A stretch of DNA of 64,000 bases. Origin: an uncultured Pelagibacteraceae bacterium (GTDB lineage: Bacteria; Pseudomonadota; Alphaproteobacteria; Pelagibacterales; AG-422-B15). The stretch lies in the NCBI GenBank assembly GCA_902526005.1, contig CABZIW010000001.1:94988-158987 (forward strand), in the 5' to 3' direction. Shown piece by piece: positions 28,549 through 39,087 of this stretch; position 1 is the stretch's first letter, and each line of letters opens with the position of its first letter. A program made the position numbers and the translations under genes. Below the pieces are notes generated by a model that had not been told where the DNA came from, ran no database searches, and worked only from the letters and a program-made list of their open reading frames with translations.

Positions 28549-30153
28549 ATGTTTTTATCACACACTCATATCATGAATAATCATCTAAATAATCAAATTA
28601 TTGAAAATGCTTCTAAAGTAAGCCGTAACTTAAGTTCTGAGGAGCTATATGAAATATCTCATAAGAATGGTGAAGGAAAGTTATCTAAACATGGCGCGTT
28701 AGTTGTTGAAACAGGGAAGCACACAGGACGTTCAGCAAATGATAAATTCTTTGTAGAAGAAAATGATAATAAAAGTAAAATTAATTGGGGTGACACTAAC
28801 GTAGCAATTTCTGAAGATAAATTCGAAAAAATAGCTAATTCATTTGTGGAATTTGCAAAAGATAAATCAATTTTCTCAAATGATTTAATGGGTGGAGCAG
28901 ACAGAAATCATTCATTAAATGTCTCAATTATTACTGAATACGCTTGGCACAGTCTATTTGCAAGACATCTTTTAGTAAGACCAACAGCTGATGAGATTAA
29001 AAACTTTGTTGCAGACTATACTATTATTAACTTTCCAAGCCTCAAATTAGATCCTGAGTTTCATGGTACTAATAGTGAAACAGCGATAATAGTAAATCTG
29101 AAAGAAAAAGTAATACTTATCGCTGGAACTGAGTACGCTGGAGAGACAAAAAAATCAGTTTTCACTCTCCTTAACTTTTTATTGCCAGAAAAAAAAGTAA
29201 TGCCGATGCATTGCTCAGTTAATTCTGGAGAAAAAGGAGACTCAGCTATTTTCTTCGGTCTCTCTGGAACTGGAAAAACAACTCTAAGTGCTGATCCAAA
29301 TAGATCTTTGTTGGGAGATGATGAACATGGCTGGTCAGATGAAGGCCTTTTTAACTTTGAAGGTGGTTGTTATGCAAAATTGATACGTTTATCTAAAGAT
29401 GCTGAGCCAGAAATCTATAAGACAACTCAAATGAAGGGTACAGTTATAGAAAATGCAGTCATGAATAATGATGGTCTTTTAGACCTTGATGACAACTCAC
29501 TCACTGAAAATACAAGAGGCGCATATCCGTTAGATTATATACCTGGAGTAATAAAATCTGGAAAAGCACCTCACCCTAATAATATTATAATGTTAACAGC
29601 AGATGCATTCGGCATATTACCACCTATTGCAAAATTAACTCCTGAACAAGCAATGTATCATTTTCTTTCAGGCTATACTGCAAAAGTAGCGGGCACCGAA
29701 ATTGGACTATCAAATGAACCTCAGGCTACATTCTCAACATGTTTTGGAGCTCCTTTTATGCCTAGAAATCCAATTGAATATGGAAATCTACTTAAAGATA
29801 AAATCTCTAAATTTTCTGTAGATTGTTGGTTAGTAAATACTGGATGGTCAGGTGGTGTTTATGGAGTTGGTAAGCGAATATCAATTAAAGATACTCGAAG
29901 ATTACTTGATGCTGCACTATCTGGCGAACTTTCAAATACACAGATGAGAAAAGATAAGAATTTTGGATTTAGTGTACCTCTAACAGTTAAAGAAATTGAT
30001 GAAGCTATATTAGATCCAAGAAATACTTGGAGTAATACATCAGAATACGATGAACAAGCTAAAAAATTGGTAAATATGTTTATTGAAAATTTTGTAAAAT
30101 TTGAGTCTGATGTAGAGGACAAAATTCTTGCATCAGGTCCAGTGACTAATTAG
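28549..30153 (+). CDS. pckA: phosphoenolpyruvate carboxykinase (ATP)
   Basis: [12 protein letters not shown], kinase-1a [24 protein letters not shown]. 534 aa. An alternative ATG lies at 28573. Confidence 0.95.
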   Translation: MFLSHTHIMNNHLNNQIIENASKVSRNLSSEELYEISHKNGEGKLSKHGALVVETGKHTGRSANDKFFVEENDNKSKINWGDTNVAISEDKFEKIANSFVEFAKDKSIFSNDLMGGADRNHSLNVSIITEYAWHSLFARHLLVRPTADEIKNFVADYTIINFPSLKLDPEFHGTNSETAIIVNLKEKVILIAGTEYAGETKKSVFTLLNFLLPEKKVMPMHCSVNSGEKGDSAIFFGLSGTGKTTLSADPNRSLLGDDEHGWSDEGLFNFEGGCYAKLIRLSKDAEPEIYKTTQMKGTVIENAVMNNDGLLDLDDNSLTENTRGAYPLDYIPGVIKSGKAPHPNNIIMLTADAFGILPPIAKLTPEQAMYHFLSGYTAKVAGTEIGLSNEPQATFSTCFGAPFMPRNPIEYGNLLKDKISKFSVDCWLVNTGWSGGVYGVGKRISIKDTRRLLDAALSGELSNTQMRKDKNFGFSVPLTVKEIDEAILDPRNTWSNTSEYDEQAKKLVNMFIENFVKFESDVEDKILASGPVTN

Positions 30154-31417
30154 GTCCCACTACTCTCTCAAGATCTTCTTTGTAGCTAAAACTTGCAATA
30201 TAATAACAAATGATTGCAATTAAACCTGTTAAGCCAACCGAAACCAATGAATATGTATATGGTGCAGAAAAATCGTTGAAAACATAATCCACTAAATATC
30301 CAGTAAAAAAGCTTCCTACTCCCATTCCAATAATATTAACTCCCAATATAAAAATAGCTACCATCGTCGATCTTACTTTCACTGGAGTTAACTCTTGAAC
30401 AGCAGCAAATACTGGTCCATAAAAAAAAGTAACATTAAATGATACAAAAAAAAGTGTAAAATAGAAAAAATATGAGTCAGGACTAATAAATCTGTAACTA
30501 ACAGTTAAAGGCGTTAAGATTATGTAAGATATAACTAAAAAAGTCATTACGCCACCTTTAAAATAATGACTCAAACGATCTGATAAAATTCCTCCAGCAA
30601 GCGCTCCTACCGTTCCTCCTATAATAAATAAAAAACCAAACAACGAGTTATAAGAGCTTGCGGTAAAACCTCTTTCATTTACTGCCCACAAAACCTCAAA
30701 GTTTCCAGCCCCTAAAGGTATGTGTAAAAAGATACTTCCTATAATTACAAATGTTAAACATTTAGAGTTATAGAGAGCAGATTTGGTCATACTCAAAATA
30801 TCTTTAATGCTATTTGGTTTTGCGGTTTTATCAAAGTTTATATCTAATTGGCCCCTTATTGGTTCAAAAAGAAAATAAGTAAGTATGCCAAGCCCCATAC
30901 CAATCAAACCAAGAAAAATAAATACTGCTCGCCAGCCAAAAATGGGGCCAAAAAATGCAGCAATTAACATTCCAAATCCAACACCTAAAGGTATACCTAA
31001 ATAATAAATTGCTGATGCTGTTCCTCTTTGATTTTGCTTAAAAAGATCTGAAAGCATTGATATTGCGTTTGGTGTTAAAGCCGACTCACCCACCCCAATA
31101 AGGGCTCTGGCAAAAATTAAATGAGAGAAATTTTTTGCTATACCAGTTACGGCGGTCATTAAACTCCATAAAAATACACCTGCAGCAGCAATTTTCATCC
31201 TGCTAAATTTATCACCAAGTACTCCCATGAAAATTCCAAATACTGAATAAAAAAAAAGAAAGTAAACGCCTGTAAGTAATCCCCATTGAACATTAGTAAG
31301 ATTAAATTCTGATTTTATTTGTGGGGCAAAAGCAATTAAAAGATTTCTGTCTACAAAATTAAAAATGTTTAAAATTAAAAAAAAGGCGAGATAGAAATAT
31401 GGGGAATTAAATTTCAT
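30146..31417 (-). CDS. MFS transporter
   Basis: 423 aa, 12 TM helices, MFS loop motif [11 protein letters not shown] between TM2 and TM3. Confidence 0.85.
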   Translation of the reverse strand: MKFNSPYFYLAFFLILNIFNFVDRNLLIAFAPQIKSEFNLTNVQWGLLTGVYFLFFYSVFGIFMGVLGDKFSRMKIAAAGVFLWSLMTAVTGIAKNFSHLIFARALIGVGESALTPNAISMLSDLFKQNQRGTASAIYYLGIPLGVGFGMLIAAFFGPIFGWRAVFIFLGLIGMGLGILTYFLFEPIRGQLDINFDKTAKPNSIKDILSMTKSALYNSKCLTFVIIGSIFLHIPLGAGNFEVLWAVNERGFTASSYNSLFGFLFIIGGTVGALAGGILSDRLSHYFKGGVMTFLVISYIILTPLTVSYRFISPDSYFFYFTLFFVSFNVTFFYGPVFAAVQELTPVKVRSTMVAIFILGVNIIGMGVGSFFTGYLVDYVFNDFSAPYTYSLVSVGLTGLIAIICYYIASFSYKEDLERVVGPN

Positions 31418-31420
31418 TAA

Positions 31421-32197
31421 TTATTCTCTATGATAGTCATCTTCATATCTTACAATATCATCCTCACCAAAATATGTGCCTGTCTGAACTTCAATTATAT
31501 TTAGTGGTGAGTCAGTATTGTTTTCCAATCGATGTTTGCTACCTACCGGGATAAAGATTGAATTATTTACTTTTAAATGATGCTCATTATCATCAATCAA
31601 TACAGTTGCATCGCCCTTAATTACTGTCCACACTTCAGATCTTTTGGAATGTGACTGATAACTAAGTCTTGAATTTGGATTTACCTGTATTTCCTTTATT
31701 TTATGATCATCACTATCATCAATAACTCTAAACCATCCCCATGGTCTGTATTCAAGTGGTCCTTGCCAATTTTTTAATATCCAACTAGATGAATTCTTTT
31801 TAAAATTTCCTCCAACACCAAATTCAAATTCTACATTTTTATTTTTTTTAAATTTTTCCATCTCAGGAATATTATCTGAGGTTCTATCCCCTCCATTTGC
31901 AAAAATTATTTTATTATCTGGATATTGATCTATTACTTTTTGAATTGCGCCTGATGCTGAATTTAATTCATCATCAGTAAATTCAATCGCTTTATCCACT
32001 ACTGATAAATTCGATACTATTTCAATTCTTTCCTCAATTGGAAGAAAAGGACTTCCTTTTTTTTGTATCAACCATTGATCAGAATTGACACCTACAATAA
32101 GTTTATCCCCTAATTTTTTTGCATCCTTTAGATATGCGATGTGCCCACTGTGAATTGGATCAAAGCCTCCAGTAACAAGTACAATTACCTTTGACAT
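31421..32197 (-). CDS. fusion protein: HIGH-motif cytidylyl/adenylyl-transferase domain + type-II phosphomannose-isomerase cupin domain
   Basis: N-terminus VLVTGGFDPIHSGHIAYL...FANGGDR...NIPE (RfaE-II/TagD-like nucleotidyltransferase). C-terminus RLSYQSHSKRSEVWTVIKG...IIEVQTGTYFGEDDIVRYEDDY (ManC-type PMI cupin). I use ATG 32197, which shares 1 nt with the polA stop (TAATG). The track start 32215 is TTG. Confidence 0.75.
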   Translation of the reverse strand: MSKVIVLVTGGFDPIHSGHIAYLKDAKKLGDKLIVGVNSDQWLIQKKGSPFLPIEERIEIVSNLSVVDKAIEFTDDELNSASGAIQKVIDQYPDNKIIFANGGDRTSDNIPEMEKFKKNKNVEFEFGVGGNFKKNSSSWILKNWQGPLEYRPWGWFRVIDDSDDHKIKEIQVNPNSRLSYQSHSKRSEVWTVIKGDATVLIDDNEHHLKVNNSIFIPVGSKHRLENNTDSPLNIIEVQTGTYFGEDDIVRYEDDYHRE

Positions 32198-35013
32198 TAG
32201 TGAGCATCGCTCCAATTTAGAGCATAGTTATGGTCAACTACTAAAGGTACAGAAAAATCAAATTTAGGCATTAATGCATTTTCCATTTCTTCTATAATAA
32301 TTTTTTTAAAGTGGTCTAATTTACCTTTTTTTATTTCAAAAATTAATTCATCATGAACCTGTAAAAGCATTTTACAGTCATTTGAATTTTTAATTTTACC
32401 ATTTATTTTAATCATGGCTAATTTAATAATATCAGCTGCAGTACCTTGAATTGGTGCATTTATTGCTGCTCTTTCTTGAAAAGATCTAAGTGCAAAATTT
32501 TTGTCCTTAATTCTTGGAAAAAAGCATTTTCTTCCACAAATCGTCTCAACATAACCATTATTTCTGCAAAACTGCTTCGTATGATCCATAAATTCTTTAA
32601 TTCCTGAAAATTTTTGAAAATATTTTTTTATAAAATCGCCTGCTTCATAATTTGATATTGAAAGCTGTTTTGCAAGTCCATAGGGTGAGATCCCATATAT
32701 GATTCCAAAGTTAACTGCTTTGGCTTTTCTTCTTAATTCGTTATCTACTTCTTTTAGTTTTACATTGAAAATTTCTGCGGCGGTAATTTGGTGAATATCT
32801 TCATTATTTATAAATGCTTCTTTTAGTTGTACCACGTCAGCCATGTGTGCGAGAACTCTTAGTTCAATTTGACTATAATCGGCAGCAAACATCACATAGC
32901 CTTGATCGGGTATAAAGGCCTTTCTAATTGATTTCCCTTCCTCTGTTCTTATTGGAATATTTTGTAGGTTTGGATCTGATGATGCCAGTCTTCCTGTATT
33001 GGTTGAAGCCATAGCAAATGAAGTATGTATTCTGCCTGTTTTTTCTACAATGTGGTTTTGAAGTGCATCTGTATATGTATTCTTTAATTTAGAGATTTGT
33101 CGCCACTGAATAATTGTGTCAGCAACTTTATTTCCTTCATATGCAAGATCTTCTAAAACTTGAATACCCGTCGATTTTTCACCAGTTTTGGTTTTTTTTG
33201 GTGGCTTAAGTTTTAATTTATCAAATAAGATTTCAGATAATTGTTTTGGAGAGCCTATATTAAATTTTGAACCTGTTTCCTTGTATATTTTTTTTTCAAG
33301 TTTCTCTATTCTTTGTGAGAATTGAAATGATAAATTATTTAGATATTTCTTGTCAACTTTAATGCCATTGATTTCCATTGATTGGATCGGATTAATTAGT
33401 TCCCTTTCAATGTTAGTGTAAATATAACTGCCTTTCTCTTGTTGAATTCTTTTTTTTAAAAACAAATATAATTTATAAGTTATTTCTGCGTCTTCAGCTG
33501 CATAATTTAATGCTTCATCAATTTTTACTTTGTCAAAAGTAATCTGTGATTTACCACTGCCAACTATATCTTTAAATTTAATTGTTTCTCTGTTTAAATG
33601 AATGTTGGCTAATTCATCCATATTATGCCGATTGACACCTGCATCGAGAACATAAGACATTAACATGGTGTCGTGGAAACCCCTTACTTCAACTCCATAT
33701 TTATTTAAAATTGAGTTATCATATTTAATATTGTGGCCTATTTTAATTATGGACTCATCTTTCATTAAAGGGGCAATTATTGATAGAAAACTTTTGAGAG
33801 ATATTTGGCTTTGAATTTTCTTTTCATCATGATCAACATGTTGCACCGGAATATAGTAAGCAATTTTCTGGTTAAAACAAAAAGAAACGCCAACTAGATT
33901 AGCCTCGATTATATTGAGCGAGTCTGTTTCAACATCATATACAAATTCACCCGTATCATAGATTTCGCTAACCAGCTTTTTAAGTTTTTTTTCATCATTT
34001 ATTAAATTGTAAGAAGATTTGGAATTAGAAATTTTGACCGATTTTTTAAAATTATCATCTAGTTTTTCAATTTGCTCATTTAAATTTTTTAGTTTTGTAG
34101 TGCTTTTTAGCTTTTTAGATGAAATTTTTATATTTGGATTTTTTTTTCTAATCCTTTCAGATAACTTCTTTAACTCCAGCTCATCCAAAAAAGGAACTAA
34201 AGTCTCAACAGAAATTTCTTTTTTAACTAAATCATCAAGAGCTGGAATATTTTTCACATCCCTTTTCAACGTTACTAATTCTTTGCTTATAAGGATATTT
34301 TTTCTACTATCCCTGACTGTTTCTCTGCGCTTTTGTTGTTTGATTTCCTCATAATTTTCCAAAAGATTCTCAATACTCTGAAATTCATTAATAAGCTGCG
34401 CTGCAGTTTTGACTCCGATACCTGGTGCACCTGGTACATTGTCAGAACTATCACCAGCCAGAGCCTGAACATCAATTACATTTTCAGGACCAACCCCAAA
34501 CTTTTCTAGGACTTCATTTGGGCCAATTGTTTTATTTTTCATTGTATCAATTAATTTCACTTGCTGTGAAACAATCTGCATTAGATCTTTATCAGAAGAA
34601 ACAATTGATACATCCCATTTTTTATTTTCAGCTGATGTTGCATATGTGGCAATTATATCATCTGCTTCGAAACCACTTAGCTCGATTGATGGAATACCAA
34701 ATGCCTTTACAGCATCTTTAATTATTTTAAATTGAGGTATTAAGTCCTCGGGCGGATCTCCTCTATTTGCCTTATATTCTTTATAAATATTATTTCGAAA
34801 AGTTTTTCTAGCACTATCAAAAATAACCGCTAAATGTGTGGGACTTATTTTTTTATCTGTATCCTCAATTAATTTAAAGAGCATATTACAAAAACCATTG
34901 ACAGCCCCAGTTGGTAATCCATCACTTTTTCTGTAAAGCGGGGGCAATGCATAGTAAGCTCTGAAAATATAGCCAGAGCCGTCAACCAAAAATAAGTGGT
35001 TTTTATCTTTCAT
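32197..35013 (-). CDS. polA: DNA polymerase I
   Basis: 938 aa with a 5'-nuclease N-terminus (LVDGSGYIFRAYYA), a 3'-5' exonuclease domain, and polymerase motifs DYSQIELRVLAH, RRKAKAVNFGIIYG and QVHDE. Confidence 0.96.
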   Translation of the reverse strand: MKDKNHLFLVDGSGYIFRAYYALPPLYRKSDGLPTGAVNGFCNMLFKLIEDTDKKISPTHLAVIFDSARKTFRNNIYKEYKANRGDPPEDLIPQFKIIKDAVKAFGIPSIELSGFEADDIIATYATSAENKKWDVSIVSSDKDLMQIVSQQVKLIDTMKNKTIGPNEVLEKFGVGPENVIDVQALAGDSSDNVPGAPGIGVKTAAQLINEFQSIENLLENYEEIKQQKRRETVRDSRKNILISKELVTLKRDVKNIPALDDLVKKEISVETLVPFLDELELKKLSERIRKKNPNIKISSKKLKSTTKLKNLNEQIEKLDDNFKKSVKISNSKSSYNLINDEKKLKKLVSEIYDTGEFVYDVETDSLNIIEANLVGVSFCFNQKIAYYIPVQHVDHDEKKIQSQISLKSFLSIIAPLMKDESIIKIGHNIKYDNSILNKYGVEVRGFHDTMLMSYVLDAGVNRHNMDELANIHLNRETIKFKDIVGSGKSQITFDKVKIDEALNYAAEDAEITYKLYLFLKKRIQQEKGSYIYTNIERELINPIQSMEINGIKVDKKYLNNLSFQFSQRIEKLEKKIYKETGSKFNIGSPKQLSEILFDKLKLKPPKKTKTGEKSTGIQVLEDLAYEGNKVADTIIQWRQISKLKNTYTDALQNHIVEKTGRIHTSFAMASTNTGRLASSDPNLQNIPIRTEEGKSIRKAFIPDQGYVMFAADYSQIELRVLAHMADVVQLKEAFINNEDIHQITAAEIFNVKLKEVDNELRRKAKAVNFGIIYGISPYGLAKQLSISNYEAGDFIKKYFQKFSGIKEFMDHTKQFCRNNGYVETICGRKCFFPRIKDKNFALRSFQERAAINAPIQGTAADIIKLAMIKINGKIKNSNDCKMLLQVHDELIFEIKKGKLDHFKKIIIEEMENALMPKFDFSVPLVVDHNYALNWSDAH

Positions 35014-35190
35014 TTATTTCAATATGAATAGTTTGCTACAATAAGGACAAATGATCTGATTTTTATCTCCCATATCTAAATATACTTTAGGATGACCCAA
35101 GGGCCCATCAAGTCCATTACAACTCAATTTTTTTGAATTGGTGTATTCAATTTCTCGATGCTTGTCTTTTTTTATTTCTGGAGAATTCAT
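35014..35190 (-). CDS. unannotated 58-aa zinc-finger (zf-CHCC / NDUFS6 C-terminal-like) protein
   Basis: Below the ORF-track cutoff. Sequence: MNSPEIKKDKHREIEYTNSKKLSCNGLDGPLGHPKVYLDMGDKNQIICPYCSKLFILK. The C-x8-H-x17-C-x2-C pattern and GHPxVYL match the small conserved alphaproteobacterial zinc-finger protein. Its stop abuts the polA ATG. Confidence 0.75.
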   Translation of the reverse strand: MNSPEIKKDKHREIEYTNSKKLSCNGLDGPLGHPKVYLDMGDKNQIICPYCSKLFILK

Positions 35191-35252
35191 TCGCTCAATG
35201 ATACAAGAAATTAATTTGAAAAACTATATTTTCTAATATTTATTGTACATAT

Positions 35253-36182
35253 ATGCTAAGCGATATCGCTATATCTGTTAAGAATTTAAAAAAAGTTTAT
35301 AGCACAAATAATCAGGAGAAAAAAACAGCTTTAGATAATGTCTCTCTTAATATCAATAAGGGTACAATTTTTGGATTATTAGGACCTAATGGTGCCGGTA
35401 AATCAACTTTTATTAATATTTTAGCTGACTTGGTAAAAAAAACTTCAGGTCAAATAGAAGTATTGGGTATTAATCATGAAAAAAATTTAAAAGAGGTAAA
35501 AAAATTAATGGGAATTGTGCCACAAGAATTAAATATCGATCCATTTTTTACACCTTACGAACTTTTAGAGATACAAGCTGGATTATTTGGCGTGCCTAAA
35601 AAAGAGAGAAGAACAGAGGAAATATTAAAGCTTTTATCTTTAGAAGATAAATCTCACGCTTATGCAAGGACATTGTCGGGAGGAATGAGGAGAAGATTGC
35701 TAATTGCAAAGGCAATGGTTCATGACCCTGACATACTCATACTTGATGAGCCCACAGCAGGAGTCGATGTTGAACTTAGGGCTAATTTGTGGGGAAATAT
35801 TTATAAACTAAATGAGCAAGGTAAAACTATCATTATTACTACCCATTATTTACAAGAAGCTGAGGAGCTGTGTAATGAAATTGCGATAATAGATAAAGGT
35901 AATTTAATTGCAAAAGATACGACACTAAATATTAAGTCATTAATAGATAAAAGACAGATCATAATTTTATTTGATAATACTAATTTTGATATAGAACCCA
36001 TATTGAAATTAAATATAGAACATAAATTGTGCAAAGATAATTTGGTAATTAGTTATAAACCCAGTGAAATAACATTTAATAAAATTTTAGAAGCGCTTAA
36101 ATTGTCTGATATCAAAATAAAAGATCTTAAAATCAATGAAACAAAGCTTGAAGATGTATTTCTTAAGTTGACTAAGAATTGA
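35253..36182 (+). CDS. ABC-2/DrrA-type ABC transporter ATP-binding protein (no adjacent permease)
   Basis: Walker A GPNGAGKST, signature LSGGMRRRLLIAKA, Walker B ILILDEPTAG, and a C-terminal ~80-aa accessory domain typical of ABC-2 exporter ATPases. Confidence 0.85.
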   Translation: MLSDIAISVKNLKKVYSTNNQEKKTALDNVSLNINKGTIFGLLGPNGAGKSTFINILADLVKKTSGQIEVLGINHEKNLKEVKKLMGIVPQELNIDPFFTPYELLEIQAGLFGVPKKERRTEEILKLLSLEDKSHAYARTLSGGMRRRLLIAKAMVHDPDILILDEPTAGVDVELRANLWGNIYKLNEQGKTIIITTHYLQEAEELCNEIAIIDKGNLIAKDTTLNIKSLIDKRQIIILFDNTNFDIEPILKLNIEHKLCKDNLVISYKPSEITFNKILEALKLSDIKIKDLKINETKLEDVFLKLTKN

Positions 36183-38853
36183 TTTTTTTTCTTGGAAATA
36201 ATTTATCCAATACCACAGCCAAAGCGGGTAGTGTTGTCATTGCACAAATCATATTGATAATAAACATAAATGTTAAGAGAGATCCCATATCTGCTTGAAA
36301 CTTAAGCGCAGAAAAAGACCAAGTTGATACACCAATTGCGAGAGTGATAGCAGTAAATACAACTGCCGCACCTGTATTTGCAAATGTATGCTCAAAAGCT
36401 TCTGTTATGTCCATACCTTCTTTCATGCGCATGTTAAGTCTATTGTATATGTAAAACGCGTAATCCACTCCAACGCCTACTGCAAGCACCATAACAGGCA
36501 AAGTTGAAACCTTTAAACCAATTTGTGCCAACTCCATAAAAGCATAACCCAGCATTGTTGCAAACGTAAGTGGAACAGTACAACATATTGTCGCTCGCCA
36601 ATCTAGATAAGTAGTGAAAACTAAAATAATGATTACTATATATACAGCTATCATCATTGGAAGCTCACCCTCTTCAATAACCTCATTTGTGGCATGCTGT
36701 ATTCCCACTGTACCGCTCGCTAGTCTGTACTTTATTTCATCAGTATCAAAGATAAGGTGAGAATATTCTGGGTTGTCTTTGAAAAAGTCTTTTATTACTT
36801 GTTCTGATTGTTTAATGTCTTTTACTCTAAAATTTACATTTTCATCAAATGAATCAATATCCCGATAGTAGTTTCCTAGATTTTGCACCCATAAATTTCT
36901 TGAATTAAATTTATTTTGATATCCAAATTCAGTGAATTCATCATCAGTAAATAAAACTGGATTATCTGCATTTAAGTCATCAACCGGATTGAGATTGCTG
37001 CCAACAAATTGGGCATATGGGATAACCTCTGTTCCTTCAGCAGGTTTTTGTATTAATACCCTAAATGTTATTGTTTCCTCAAGATCTCTGAACTTTAAAT
37101 TATAATCTTCAATGACTTCTATAACATGACTAATAGTTGTTGCCTTATGATCCTCAGTGAAAACATATATTGGCATAATTGAGCACGCTTCATTTATCAA
37201 TCCAGTTGAAGGATCAACTACACTAGTCGCGAACGCAAGAGCCCTTTCATTTCGTGGTAAATATGTCCATTTTAAGTTACCTTCTGCGTAACCACTTAAT
37301 GCTCTTTTTGCCACACTTGATAAAGAAATTACTTTGGTAACACCAGGTATGTTTTCAAGATACCAATGGAGATTATCTTGTGCCTCCATAACATAATCTG
37401 ATCTACAAGGATTAATGCCTCCAGTTGCACCAGTTTCAGCGATGACAACCAAGACATCAGTTGTGACTGCGTATCTTTTTGTAATTTCTGTAATATCTTT
37501 ATTGAATCTTGCTTCTGGTCGTAACTCTGGAGCTCCAGCATGTAAATCCCCTACATGTCTCTCACTTGCTAAGTAAGTTGCTCCCGCAAATAACAAGGCG
37601 CTAACTGATAGTGTTATTACAGCTGGTTTAGGTCTAGCTAATTTACCAAAAAAACCCATCAAATTTTGCCTGTAGACAATCGCTGATTGAGCTCTTGTCG
37701 CAAAACTATCATTGTATCTGGCATATGAAGCAGCAAGAGGAAGCATTACTAAATTTGTAATAATTTTAAACGCGACCCCTATTGATGCAGTAATAGCAAG
37801 TTCCTGTATCATTCCAATTGGAAGTAAAATTAAAGTTCCAAATCCAACCAAATCTGTCACTAAAGCCATGGTTCCAGGAACTAATAATCTTGAAAAAGAA
37901 GCCCTTGCTGCGTATTCAGCTGTTTGGCCTTCTATAACTTCTTTTGTAATTTGATTTACTTGTTGTATGCCATGAGAAACACCAATAGCAAAAACCAAAA
38001 ATGGGACAAGAATTGCTAGTGGGTCTAATCCAAAACCTAGAATTTTTAACATTCCAAATTGCCAAACTAGTGATGTTAAAGAGCAGACTAATGGTAAAAA
38101 AGTAAGAGTCCAAGAACGCGAATACCAATATACCGCCAATACAGTTAATAAAAATGCTAAAGCAAAAAATATAACAACATTATAAGCTTCACTTGCAATG
38201 TCTGAAATCATTTTAGCAAAGCCGATGATTTCTACTTTATAATTACCATTCTCAAATTCATCCCTTATTTCTTCTATATCTCTACCAAGTTGAAGGTAAT
38301 CTAATTTTTCACCTGTTTTTCTATTAAATTCTGTTAACTCAACTTTAATGAGTGATGAAGTAAAATCGTTTGATACAATACTACCAACATGGCCTCCTGT
38401 TAGTATTCGTTCTTTAATTTTATCAATTTCTTCTTTTGATAGTTTTTCAGGAGTAAGATTTCCTGGAATCACTTCAGTACTTTCAAAACCCTCTTCGGTA
38501 ACTCGCATGACCTTTACATTTGGAGTCCACAAAGATTGCATGGAACCTTGGTTGACACCAGGCAAATATCTTATGGTTTGATTAAGTTCAAACAATTTTG
38601 AAAAGTATTCTTTATTAAAAATATCTCCTTCTGTCGTTCTTAATGCAACTGTGATACTGTTGGTACCACTCAAATCATCTTGATATTCGTAGTAAGTTTT
38701 AACGAATGAATGACTGTTTGGTAATTGCTTATAGAAGCCAGCGTCCATTCTTATTTGTACTGCAAAGTAGCCCATAATAACGGTGAGCAATACAAAACTT
38801 GCTAGCACCATCAAACGGTACTTAAAAAACCAATTTTCAATTTTTTGCAGCAT
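36172..38853 (-). CDS. MMPL/RND-superfamily exporter
   Basis: 893 aa in a 1+5 / 1+5 TM arrangement with two large periplasmic loops. Conserved core LDPLAILVPFLVFAIGVSHGIQ and a second-half repeat (VLAVGVGVDYAFYIY). Confidence 0.8.
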   Translation of the reverse strand: MLQKIENWFFKYRLMVLASFVLLTVIMGYFAVQIRMDAGFYKQLPNSHSFVKTYYEYQDDLSGTNSITVALRTTEGDIFNKEYFSKLFELNQTIRYLPGVNQGSMQSLWTPNVKVMRVTEEGFESTEVIPGNLTPEKLSKEEIDKIKERILTGGHVGSIVSNDFTSSLIKVELTEFNRKTGEKLDYLQLGRDIEEIRDEFENGNYKVEIIGFAKMISDIASEAYNVVIFFALAFLLTVLAVYWYSRSWTLTFLPLVCSLTSLVWQFGMLKILGFGLDPLAILVPFLVFAIGVSHGIQQVNQITKEVIEGQTAEYAARASFSRLLVPGTMALVTDLVGFGTLILLPIGMIQELAITASIGVAFKIITNLVMLPLAASYARYNDSFATRAQSAIVYRQNLMGFFGKLARPKPAVITLSVSALLFAGATYLASERHVGDLHAGAPELRPEARFNKDITEITKRYAVTTDVLVVIAETGATGGINPCRSDYVMEAQDNLHWYLENIPGVTKVISLSSVAKRALSGYAEGNLKWTYLPRNERALAFATSVVDPSTGLINEACSIMPIYVFTEDHKATTISHVIEVIEDYNLKFRDLEETITFRVLIQKPAEGTEVIPYAQFVGSNLNPVDDLNADNPVLFTDDEFTEFGYQNKFNSRNLWVQNLGNYYRDIDSFDENVNFRVKDIKQSEQVIKDFFKDNPEYSHLIFDTDEIKYRLASGTVGIQHATNEVIEEGELPMMIAVYIVIIILVFTTYLDWRATICCTVPLTFATMLGYAFMELAQIGLKVSTLPVMVLAVGVGVDYAFYIYNRLNMRMKEGMDITEAFEHTFANTGAAVVFTAITLAIGVSTWSFSALKFQADMGSLLTFMFIINMICAMTTLPALAVVLDKLFPRKKINS

Positions 38854-39026
38854 TTCAGTTAAATGTATTTATTTGGTAGTGGGACAAAATATGAGAAAAT
38901 TCAGTATTTGTACATTGTTAAATTATAATCATTAACTCATATTTGAGAAGTAATACAAACTTGTAAAATAATGAGAAATTTTAAATATAATTTTAAACTG
39001 CTGATTTTATTATGAAATTACAATAA

Positions 39027-39050
39027 AAATATGAACAAATGTTCATATTT
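39027..39050. promoter_or_regulatory. perfect 11-bp inverted repeat AAATATGAACA-AA-TGTTCATATTT (candidate operator)
   Basis: 22 of 24 positions are palindromic. It sits in the 234-bp divergent spacer, 37 bp upstream of the di-iron gene ATG (39088), just upstream of TATAAA and TATAAT-like hexamers. Confidence 0.5.
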
Positions 39051-39087
39051 CTATTTATAAAATATATGAAAAATATATAATGAATGT

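Noticed and set aside
34019-34721. Three ORFs (34019-34354 +, 34287-34475 -, 34425-34721 +) within polA
   Set aside because: They are nested in, or antisense to, the continuous 938-aa polA frame. Translations are low complexity (Phe/Ser/Leu-rich) with no domain signatures.
38891-39015. Two 14-codon mini-ORFs on the plus strand, MRKFSICTLLNYNH (38891-38935) and MRNFKYNFKLLILL (38971-39015), upstream of the di-iron gene, as possible leader peptides
   Set aside because: There are no Shine-Dalgarno sequences and no obvious attenuator structures. Short ATG...stop frames of this size are expected by chance in such AT-rich DNA.
39027-39050. Reading the core TGAACAAATGTTCA (GAAC-N4-GTTC) as a Gram-positive-type LexA/Cheo box
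   Set aside because: The same window has an alpha-type GTTC-N7-GTTC box correctly placed at the umuDC promoter, so LexA of this organism most likely uses that motif. The palindrome is kept only as an operator for an unknown regulator.
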